Positions 1 through 9,100 of a stretch of DNA of 20,000 bases are shown piece by piece (within the stretch, counting starts at the first letter, position 1; the number at the start of each line of letters is the position of its first letter). The DNA lies in IMG/VR virus record IMGVR_UViG_2912889086_000006, positions 53,157 to 73,156 of that record; one strand, 5' to 3'. The position numbers were made by a program, and so were the translations under genes. Under the pieces are notes generated by a model. That model did not search any database, was not told the origin of the DNA, and saw only the letters and a list, made by a program, of their open reading frames with translations. The stretch is from an uncultured virus (IMG/VR IMGVR_UViG_2912889086_000006) (taxonomy: Duplodnaviria > Heunggongvirae > Uroviricota > Caudoviricetes).

Positions 1-108
1 TAAGGTTGATGGCGATACTCCTAAATCCTTCTTCAGATCAGTTCTATTTTTATCTCTCCGTATCAAAGTTATTTCCATAGGCTTAAAGCTGATTCTTAAT
101 TTCTTCAC
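1..108 (-). CDS. Cro/C1 (Xre)-type HTH transcriptional regulator, N-terminal part (runs off the window edge; not in the ORF track)
   Basis: Minus strand has AGGAG (120-116) then GTG at 108 (or 111), reading MKKLRISFKPMEITLIRRDKNRTDLKKDLGVSPSTL. This fits the 'ISYKPL..L..R....TDL....GIS.STL' pattern of HTH_26/YozG-like regulators. Confidence 0.8.
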   Translation of the reverse strand, partial: MKKLRISFKPMEITLIRRDKNRTDLKKDLGVSPSTL

Positions 109-170
109 CACAAATCTCCTTTTTGAAAATCTGTAGTTATCATACCACAAACCATACCAAATAATCGATA

Positions 171-224
171 TGTCAAACAAAAAATATATGTTTTGTTGAC
201 ACTTCATTCACCTAGGTGTATATT
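171..224 (+). promoter_or_regulatory. Sigma-A promoter (TTGACA-17nt-TATATT) with overlapping inverted repeats, probable operator sites
   Basis: TTGACA at 196-201 and TATATT at 219-224 with a 17-nt spacer. Perfect palindrome CACCTAGGTG at 209-218 in the spacer. Near-perfect inverted repeat TGTCAAACAAAA...TTTTGTTGACA at 171-201 overlaps the -35. Confidence 0.75.
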
Positions 225-269
225 AAGTACGTGAAATCGAACTAAATATACATCGAGGAGCTGTTAACA

Positions 270-518
270 ATGCTTAGTAAGACAGTTTGCGGCATGATGA
301 ATTTAGAAATATCGCGAATCTCTAATGCTACAACTCAAGATCTAGCCATACTGGATTCATACTATGCCATATCAGATGATCGAGTTGATTTGACTGAGTT
401 AACTCTACTACACAAAAATGGAAAAGTTTTAGGGACAGTCACAGTACATAATGTGAAAATTTCTTGGAATGGATTTAAAAAGGGAGAGAACATCATTGAC
501 TCAAATATACACTCATGA
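270..518 (+). CDS. Small hypothetical phage protein (82 aa)
   Basis: GAGGAG RBS about 9 nt before ATG 270; first gene after the sigma-A promoter; overlaps the start of the next gene. Confidence 0.65.
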   Translation: MLSKTVCGMMNLEISRISNATTQDLAILDSYYAISDDRVDLTELTLLHKNGKVLGTVTVHNVKISWNGFKKGENIIDSNIHS

Positions 519-2793
519 ATGTGTGCGAGATTATTTCAAGAAACATGGATGTGAACTTATTTCAGAATTTAAAAACGTTAAGCAGATACTTTCTTACAGA
601 TGTGTTTGCGGAGAAATAGGAACTACAAATTTTTATTCATATAGAAACAGTCTCCATAAAAAATGCATTAAATGTGTAAGAAAAAAAGCAAATAAGCCAA
701 ATAAATTAAACTTTGAATATGTAAAAAATTTTTTCAAAGAGAATAATTGCGAGCTCCTTGAAACCACGTATATTAATAGCTCTACTAAGATGGCTTACAT
801 CTGTTCGTGCGGGAAAAAAGATTATAAGACATGGAATAAATTTAGGACTGGACAAAGATGTAAGGATTGTGCAATAAATCAGAATGCTGAAAAACAGAGA
901 ACAGATACTTCATATGTTGAAAACTTTCTAAAAAAACATGGATTTTCAATAGCCAATGGGAAATATGTAAATGCAAATTTTAAAATGTTGCTTATTTGCC
1001 CATGCGGAAAACAAACTGAACGAACATGGAGTTCAGTTAAACAGAGCCCAAGATGCAACTGTTCAATTCATTACACAAAGCCCTTAAAAAGAAAATTTTC
1101 AAAAGAGGAACTGATTAATTTTTACTGGAAATTAAAGAACGATCTTGGAAGATACCCTAGTTTAGAGGATCTAAAGAAAAATCCGTCTTCCCCTTCCCCA
1201 TCTGTTTACGAACGAAAGTTTGGGGGATGGGTAAGGTTTTTAGAGAGTATTGGTGTAATGACTAGCGACAGATGGTATGTTGATGACATTGAAACCTTAA
1301 AACGTATGTATGCTGACTACTCTTATGAGGACATAAACGATGCTCTCATTAAGAAAAGGAGTAAAAGCACAATACAGCATAAAGCAAATAGCCTCGGATT
1401 AAAAAAATCTTATAAAGCTAAATTTGGAAAAGAAAAATTCTCAAATGATTATTTAATAACCTTTCTAAGGAATTTCTACGACAAATACAATCGAACTCCT
1501 GTTGCAAAAGATTTTGCAGAAAATGATTTAAACTATGATACTTTCACTAAACGTTTTGGATCATGGAATAATGCGCTAAAAAAAGCTGGTCTACCAATTA
1601 ATAGAGAACGATCAAAAAATCTCTCTAATAATGATTTACTTAAAATGAAGGAAATGTATGAAGCAGGAGTTAATATGCAAGATATAGCAAAACACTTTAA
1701 TTATACACATACTGCGCCTATTTATTATCATTTGAATAAGATGAATGTTAATCTAACACGTAATAATCGCTGGTCTAAAAAACAAATCCACTATTTGAAA
1801 GCTCACTATCCTAACGCAGAGTGGAAGGAATTACTTAAAAACCTTGCACCTTTTTCAAAAGAGGGTATTACTACAAAGGCTTATAAACTCGGCATAAAAA
1901 GAAACTCAAATTTTTACACCGAAAAAGAAGAAAAGATTCTTCGAAAATTTTATGGAAAAGTATCTTTTCATGAACTCCTTAAGATGTTGCCTAATAGAAC
2001 GGAATCTTCTGTTGTTTCTAAAGTTAATCATATGGGTTTAAAAATTAGAGAATTTTGGAGCGAAGAAGATATTAACATGCTGAAAAAACATTATCAGACC
2101 TCAACTGATGAAGAATTATTAAAAATGTTCAAAGATAGATCATGGTCTTCGATTCAAAGTATGGCAACAAAAAATTTGAATCTAAAGAGAACGAAGGAAT
2201 ATTACAAAAATAAAAAAGAAAAAATTAGAGATCATCTAATCAAAGAACTTATAGAGTACGCTAATGCTTTAGGAAGAACACCTACATCAGTAGAAGTTCA
2301 AAAGAACCGAAACCTGCAAGGAATTTCAACATATATTAGGTATTTTGATGGTTACAGAAATGCTTGTCTAAAAGCAGGTCTTGATCCTAATCAATCTATT
2401 TTTGGCAGCTCAATTCACTGTATATCATTAAATGGGGATATATGCCTTTCAAAAAAAGAGAAAGAAATAACCGACTTATTTATAAAAAATAACATAACGT
2501 ATGAAAAAGAGGTTCTTTATAAAGATATACTAGGCAAAAATAACATTCCAAATATAAGAGTTGATTGGTTTGTTAACAACAGAGTCATTGTTGAGTATTT
2601 CGGAATGACAGATAAAGATTATTATAAAAAAAGAGCTAATTATAAAATAGAGTTTTGTAAGAAGTATGACATCCCATTGATTCCCCTGTACCCTGATGAT
2701 TTAACGAATAACTACAAAGGCTTAAAAGAAAAATTTAAAACTCATGGAATTAACTTTTGGAATGGAGATGGGCAAAATGAACAAATACGTTAA
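496..2793 (+). CDS. Free-standing homing-endonuclease-like protein: multiple DNA-binding repeats plus C-terminal PD-(D/E)xK/Vsr-like (DUF559-like) nuclease domain
   Basis: Three CxC...Cx(x)C zinc-ribbon repeats, three 'homing endonuclease associated repeat'-like units (e.g. YNRTPVAKDF...TFTKRFGSWNNALKKAGL), four Myb/SANT-like units (e.g. WSEEDINMLKKHY...RSWSSIQ) and one HTH. C-terminus SKKEKEITDLFIKNNITYEKE...RVDWFVNNRVIVEYFG. The in-frame TTG at 496 has an AAGGGAG RBS 9 nt upstream, so it is the more likely start than ATG 469. Confidence 0.75.
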   Translation: MTQIYTHECVRDYFKKHGCELISEFKNVKQILSYRCVCGEIGTTNFYSYRNSLHKKCIKCVRKKANKPNKLNFEYVKNFFKENNCELLETTYINSSTKMAYICSCGKKDYKTWNKFRTGQRCKDCAINQNAEKQRTDTSYVENFLKKHGFSIANGKYVNANFKMLLICPCGKQTERTWSSVKQSPRCNCSIHYTKPLKRKFSKEELINFYWKLKNDLGRYPSLEDLKKNPSSPSPSVYERKFGGWVRFLESIGVMTSDRWYVDDIETLKRMYADYSYEDINDALIKKRSKSTIQHKANSLGLKKSYKAKFGKEKFSNDYLITFLRNFYDKYNRTPVAKDFAENDLNYDTFTKRFGSWNNALKKAGLPINRERSKNLSNNDLLKMKEMYEAGVNMQDIAKHFNYTHTAPIYYHLNKMNVNLTRNNRWSKKQIHYLKAHYPNAEWKELLKNLAPFSKEGITTKAYKLGIKRNSNFYTEKEEKILRKFYGKVSFHELLKMLPNRTESSVVSKVNHMGLKIREFWSEEDINMLKKHYQTSTDEELLKMFKDRSWSSIQSMATKNLNLKRTKEYYKNKKEKIRDHLIKELIEYANALGRTPTSVEVQKNRNLQGISTYIRYFDGYRNACLKAGLDPNQSIFGSSIHCISLNGDICLSKKEKEITDLFIKNNITYEKEVLYKDILGKNNIPNIRVDWFVNNRVIVEYFGMTDKDYYKKRANYKIEFCKKYDIPLIPLYPDDLTNNYKGLKEKFKTHGINFWNGDGQNEQIR

Positions 2794-3028
2794 TCACTTG
2801 ACATTGACTATAGCCGCTTACCAAACAACTCTTGGTAACTCAGAAGATGAAGCTAAACAATTTACCGAATATGACCTCTTGGATTTTGGTGGATTTGAAG
2901 AATTGAAAGAAATAACATTAATAAATTTTGACGGTGCTAAGATAACCCTTCAAGCCTCTAATATGGGGCTTGAAATTGAGGATACTGAAGAAATTGATAA
3001 AGAAGATGAACTGCTATACATAAAATAA
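2777..3028 (+). CDS. Small acidic hypothetical protein (83 aa)
   Basis: GGAG at 2764-2767, 9 nt before ATG 2777 (ORF track extends to 2744). Overlaps the nuclease stop and is followed by a terminator. Confidence 0.7.
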   Translation: MNKYVNHLTLTIAAYQTTLGNSEDEAKQFTEYDLLDFGGFEELKEITLINFDGAKITLQASNMGLEIEDTEEIDKEDELLYIK

Positions 3029-3039
3029 ATGATTTTCTT

Positions 3040-3069
3040 GACTCTGCTTGAATGCAGAGTTTTTTATTT
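3040..3069 (+). terminator. Rho-independent terminator closing the accessory operon
   Basis: GACTCTGC-ttgaat-GCAGAGTT stem followed by TTTTATTT. Confidence 0.8.
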
Positions 3070-3116
3070 CTGTCTATCTCTCCCCACTCTCTGCTTTGAA
3101 AGGATCTGATTATTAA

Positions 3117-6100
3117 TTGAGTCAACAGTTGAAAATTGTAGTAACTCCCGTTGCTGATACTTCCACTCAATCGGTTGAACAAATTAACAAGCAGCTTAAA
3201 ACACTACAATCCAAGTTAAACTACCTTCAACTCAAAACGAATATTGATGCTTCCGCTCTAAAAACCCTCAAAGAATTCTCTTCTGCAGTTGAAACATATC
3301 AAAAAAATCTTAAGAATTACAATCAGACAGTTAAAGAAACACAAACGGTCATTAAGAATGCTGACGGTACAACTGAAAAAATCATTCAGCAACACAAAAA
3401 GAATGGTGAAATACTTCAGCGAGAAATTAAGACGATTGATAATCGAAATCAAAAGATTCGTCAAGAAGCTCAGGAAACAGCAAAATTAACATCTGAAATT
3501 CAGAAACTTGGACAAGCTCAGAAGATTATTGAACGGCAAAATGCTCAGGGTGTAAAAACAGGATCAACTCAGAAAAACCGTGACGGTTTTAGGGATATTA
3601 CGTACAATCTCGATCAAAACGGTAATATTAAAAACTCAACCACTGTAACAAATCTTGATCAACAAAGAAAGGCAATTGAACAGCTTAGAGCAAGCTTGCA
3701 AAAATTAAAAGAGCAAGGGCAACTGTCTGAAGTCACCCTCTCTTCTCTTGGACGAAAAATTAATTTAGCTCAGTCTACAGAACAGATTGAAGCACTCAGA
3801 GCCAAGCTTAAGACTCTTGATGACAAGTCAGCAGCAGTTGCAAAAACTAAAGAGATTGAAAGGCAGTTAGAACTATATAGAAGACAAGCCCAGGTAAATA
3901 CTCAGAACCTGCAAAACAGATACGGCAGCTCATTGAGCAATGCAAGTAATCAACAACTTCATCAGTATTTGAATTCTGTTAATCAATTGACTGCAAGGAC
4001 ACCTAATCTAACAAATCAGATGGCTAGTCTTAATATGCAGTTTAGGGAAATGTCATCAAACATTGCTGCTACTACAAGGCAGACAATGGGTTTTGGTGAG
4101 CAGCTTCAAGTAGCAATGTCCCGCGTGCCTGTGTGGATGGCATCTATGACACTTTTTTACATGCCAATAAGATTGCTATCAGATCTCACCAGTCAAGTTA
4201 TATCGCTTGACACTCAAATGACTGGCTTACGACGGGTTATGGACTTACCTGATTATAAGTTTAACGAGCTTCTTCAAAGATCTATTGACTTGAGCGATGA
4301 GTTAGCAAACAAGACTTCAGATGTTCTTACCATAATGAACGAATTTGGGCGTATGGGTTACAAAGATGATGAGTTATTGGATCTAACCAAGACAGCTCAA
4401 ATGATGGAGAACATTAGTGAACTACAACCTGAAGATACCGTTAAAGCTCTCACAGCAGCGATGGTCAACTTCGGAATTCAATCTAAAGACAGCTTAAAAA
4501 TCGCCGATGCATTGAACGAAGTTGACAATAATTTCCAAACAAGCACATTGGATTTAGCTCAATCAATGAGAAAGTCAGCTGCCGCTGCAAAAGTATATGG
4601 CGTGAGTATGGAAGAGTTATTGGGATTAAGCTTAGTCCTCCTTTATAGCAATATAAAGGTAATAAACCTCTCTAATTGCTGGGAACTCCTTATGGGACAA
4701 TCAGCAGCGAAGCCTCATCTGAGGAACGTTCAACGACTATCGTATAGGCGGTGAAATTCCGCAAAACGAGTAGGGCGCAAGCTATTGGCGTGGGTGAGAA
4801 CCCCTTAAATCGAAACGGGAGGCATCCCAATGGGATGAAGATATAGTCTAGACTTATAGGTAACTATAAGCAGTAAACAGCGCATACAATGTAGCGAGTT
4901 GTATGGAATGATTCGATACTACAGCCATTCAATCATCCACTAAAGAAAGTGGTAACATTGTCGGTAAAATGATTGCTGACATTAAATCTCTTCTGATTGA
5001 CTTGGAACTCCTAACGTTTAGTCGAGGACGACAAGGGGCAAGCGTAATGGTAGCCTGAACGACTGAGTGAAGAGACACAGAAATGTGAAGCGACAGTCTG
5101 AACTCTATGGAAACATAGAGAGTGAGGTTGAAGCGCCTCACCGCCATTTATAATGGTCAGTAGCCTTTTGGTGAAAGTAACAGAATTGAACGCCTTAAAA
5201 ACAATATTTGCCAGAATCCAAACAAATGGAGCAGCAATTAAAAGTCTTGAGAGTGTAGGAATTGCAGTTAAAGATGTTGGTGGAGAAGCAAGACCTGTCT
5301 CTGATATACTCGAGGAACTCGCTTCTAAGTGGGATAGTCTCTCTGAAGCACAGAAGCAGCAAATCGGGGTTTCATCAGCAGGTATGTTTCAAAATACTCG
5401 ATTAATTATAGTCGCCTTATACAGTAATGTATAAGTGAAAACCCAGTGAACCCTATTGCTCAGGGGTGTGTCCTTATCAAAGGATGCTAACGGTGGAACT
5501 CTAAGGGAGAAATCCTATGACAATACCGTGCCAAGCCTTGGTTACTAGGAAGGTGTAACGACTAGCCTAACGGCGTAGAACAGACATTGAGCTACTGTTC
5601 AAAGTGCTGGGCATCCTTTTAGGATGAAGATATAGTCTAGTCCCCTACTTAAATATCGGGAAACCGAGGGTATAAACGTTTTAGCGCTCATGGAGCAATG
5701 GAGTACGGCTGCCAAGGCCACAACTACTGCAATTAACAGCCAGGGATCTGCGATGCGCGAGCAAGAACGCTACTCTGAAAGTTTGGAAGGACGCCTAAAC
5801 AGATTATCTGCTGCTTGGACAGGTCTTGCAGCAAATGCAGGTGATGCTTTCCTTTCTGATGGGATAATAGCTTTTGCCGAAGCATTAAGAGACATCGTTC
5901 AAGTCGGCGGGGAAGTTATAAAAACGATTGGATTCTTACCGAGTATTTTTGCTTTAGCAAGTACTGCCACTCTTCTTCTTAGTAAAAATGTAAGAATACT
6001 TGCAACCACACTTGTGCTCGGTACTTCTGCAATGAGACAAGAAACACTTGCAAGCATAGGTCTAAGTACAGGTATGACTCGTGCAGCAGTGGCATCGAAT

Positions 6101-9100
6101 CTATTGAAAACTGCACTTAGGGGATTAATGGTTGCGACGGTTGTCGGTGCTGGTTTCATGGCTTTAGGCTTCGTAATCGAAAAACTTGTCTCTGCTTATT
6201 CTGATGCTAAACAAGAACAAGAAAAGCTTGCAGAGTCACAAAAGAAAAGCGTTGAAGCAATAACCACAAATAAAGAACAGACCGATCAGTTAATACAAAA
6301 ATATAAAGAGCTGCAAAAAGCTAAAGATAAAGGCACCCTTTCCGCTGATCAAGAACAAGAATACCTTCAAGTAACGCAACAATTAGCTCAGACGTTCCCT
6401 AATTTGATTTCTGGCTATGACTCCCAAGGTAATGCCATCATTAAAAATAATGAAGCGTTAGAAGATGCCATAAAATACACCAAAGAATTAGCCGAATTAA
6501 ACAAAAAAGACATACAAACTGGCGCAAATAGCAACTTTAAAGAAACCCTGAGTGATATCAGTAAGCTGACTGATGAGATGAAAGAGTACCAAAAAGTTGC
6601 AGACCATTATAAAAACAATGATCGGCCATTCTGGGACATCTTCGACAGCGACAGTGATTATAAAAACTTTGGAATTAAAGCTGAACAGCAAGCTCTTCAA
6701 GTCAATCAGAAGTTATCTAGTTCTCAAGCTAAACTTAGAGAACAGGTGCTACAAACTGTTGACGCTTATAACTCCATTAAAATCAACCCTCAGTTAACCA
6801 AAGATATTAACGAAGCCTTCAATAAAATTGACTTCAGTAAGATGAATTCTGATGAATTAGAGTCGTTTTCCATTAATGTTTCAAAATACATGGATGACAT
6901 TCAGAAAGCATTAGAATCAGGAAATAAAGTTGATTTCTCAAGAGCATCTCAAGCACTTCAGAATTTAATTAACCAACAAATCAAAGGTTCTGATGAAGCT
7001 GATAAGCTTTCCCTATCATATGATGATCTTAAAGATGCACTTGACTCTACAAAAAATGCTGCTGATTCTGCAAAGATCACTTGGGATGAGAATGGTGAAG
7101 GCGTAAACGAATTAACCGGAGAAGTTGAAGATTTAAGTCAAAAGCTCAAGGATGCCAAAGGTGATCTAGAGGCAATAAAAGCTGTAATGGACGATTTGGT
7201 GGCTTCTCAACAAACAGAGCTAGCTATTTCTGCCCTTCAAAATGAAGCATATGATTCTTTTGCCGACTCCATCTCCCCTCTCAATGAACTGCTTGAGAAA
7301 ATGGCAGAAGGAAAAAGTATCTCAGCTGCTGAAGCAATGAAACTGGTTCAAAAAGAAAAAGACTTGGCTGGAGCTATTAGTGTTGAAAACGGCGTAGTTA
7401 AATTGAACCGAGATGCTATCATAAAACTACGTGATGCAAAACTTAAAGCATACAACGATATGCAAAAGTCAGTTAAACAGGATCTAATAAACCAGGCAAA
7501 CGCAACAGTTAAGAAAATAAAGAACTATGGTTTAGAAGTCAAATCAATCCAGACTGTTGCCGATGCCCAAGCCAACCTTTCCAAAATGAGAAAAGAAGTA
7601 GACACATTAATGGAAAGTGGCAATATCCAGATGGCAATGCCAGTCATTAAAGAAATAAATGAATTGAGCGACGTCACTGGACAGTTAGAAGATCTGGATA
7701 AAATGGCTGAATTGGCCAACTCATCTTTAAATGAAGTTGGTACATCCCTCGAGAAATATTCTGACGAACAAGAAAAAGCCAGCAAAGAAACTGAGAAATC
7801 CAAATACGTCATTGATAAATATAAAGAAGCTCTTGAAAAAGTAAATGCGGAAATTGAGAAATACAACAAGCAAACCAATGATTATCCTAAATGGTCACAA
7901 AAATACAGAGATGCAATCAATAAGGAAATCAAGGCATTAGAGCGTAAGAAAAAGCTAATGCAAGATCAGATTAAACTGCTGAAACAGCAAATCAAATCTG
8001 GTTATATTCCTCAAACTGGACTTGTTACCTCCTCTTCCTCTTCTGGTTCTTCATCAGGCTCATATTCTCCTGGAGGATCATATTCCGGAAAATACTCTTC
8101 TTATATTAATGCTGCAGCAAGCAAATATGGTGTTGACCCTGCACTAATCGCTGCGATTATTAAACAAGAATCAAACTTCAATGCCAAAGCTCGTTCTGGC
8201 GCTGGAGCAATGGGTTTGATGCAACTCATGCCTGGTACTGCAAAAAGTCTAGGTGTAAAAAATGCATATGATCCATACCAAAACATTATGGGCGGTACCA
8301 AATATATTGCTCAAATGTTAAACAAGTTTGGAGGGAACATCGAGAAAGCTTTAGCTGCTTACAACGCGGGGCCAGGAAACGTAATTAAATATGGTGGCAC
8401 CCCTCCTTTTAAAGAAACGCAAAATTACGTTAAGAAAGTACTCTCTAACTACAATAAGAGCTTATCAACAGCGACTTCAAAGATCGCAAATTATTACACG
8501 AGCAGCAATGGATTTAGAGTAAGTTCAAAGTTTGGAGCGAAAGAGAGTGGTCTCCGCTCCTCCCCTCACAAAGGAACCGACTTTGCAGCTAAAGCGGGCA
8601 CCCCTGTAAAAGCATTAAAAGCTGGTAAAGTCATAACCGCTACCTATTCAAAAACAGCAGGTAACTGGGTTGTTGTTCAACAAGACGATGGAACAGTTGC
8701 AAAATATATGCACATGCAAAACGGCCTTAAAGTTAAGAAAGGTGATGTTGTATCTGCTGGCCAAGCAATAGGTAAAGTAGGAAGTACTGGACACTCAACA
8801 GGAAACCACCTCCACCTACAAATTGAACAAAATGGCAAACCAATTGACCCAGAAAAGTATATGCAGGGTTTAACCTCAGATCTTTCTCAGTCTGAAGCTG
8901 AAAGACAACAAGCCCTTTCACAGGCAAAATCGGATTTAATCGGTTTGCAAGGTGATTTAGACGCAGTTAATGATCAAATTCAAGATCTGCAATACGAATT
9001 GGTTCAATCCAAGCTTGATGAATTTGATAAACGGAAATCTGATCTAGAAGTCAAAATTGCTCAAAATGAGTCTTTGGCCAAACGCTATCTTTCTGACAGC

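Noticed and set aside
148..176. Minus-strand sigma-A promoter using TTGACA at 176-171
   Set aside because: No plausible -10 at 16-18 nt spacing (GGTTTG); better explained as one arm of the inverted repeat.
4929..5147. 72-aa minus-strand ORF as an intron-encoded protein
   Set aside because: Antisense to intron 2 and exon 2, with no nuclease motifs; a chance ORF.
5153..5434. Stand-alone 93-aa gene
   Set aside because: It is exon 3 plus flanking intron sequence; its ATG lies in an intron hairpin.
4833..5640. Repeated 19-mer as a CRISPR repeat or att site
   Set aside because: Only two copies, 789 bp apart, both explained as the conserved P8-J8/7-P7 intron core.
4627..5678. Group II introns, inteins, IS/IStron or MITE insertions
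   Set aside because: No GUGYG...AY ends or domain V, in-frame stops rule out inteins, and there is no transposase, terminal inverted repeat or target duplication. U|...G boundaries fit group I.
8025..8100. TCT/TCC-rich tracts (also about 18340-18385 and 18613-18670) as DNA repeats
   Set aside because: They encode Ser/Gly linkers next to catalytic or binding domains.
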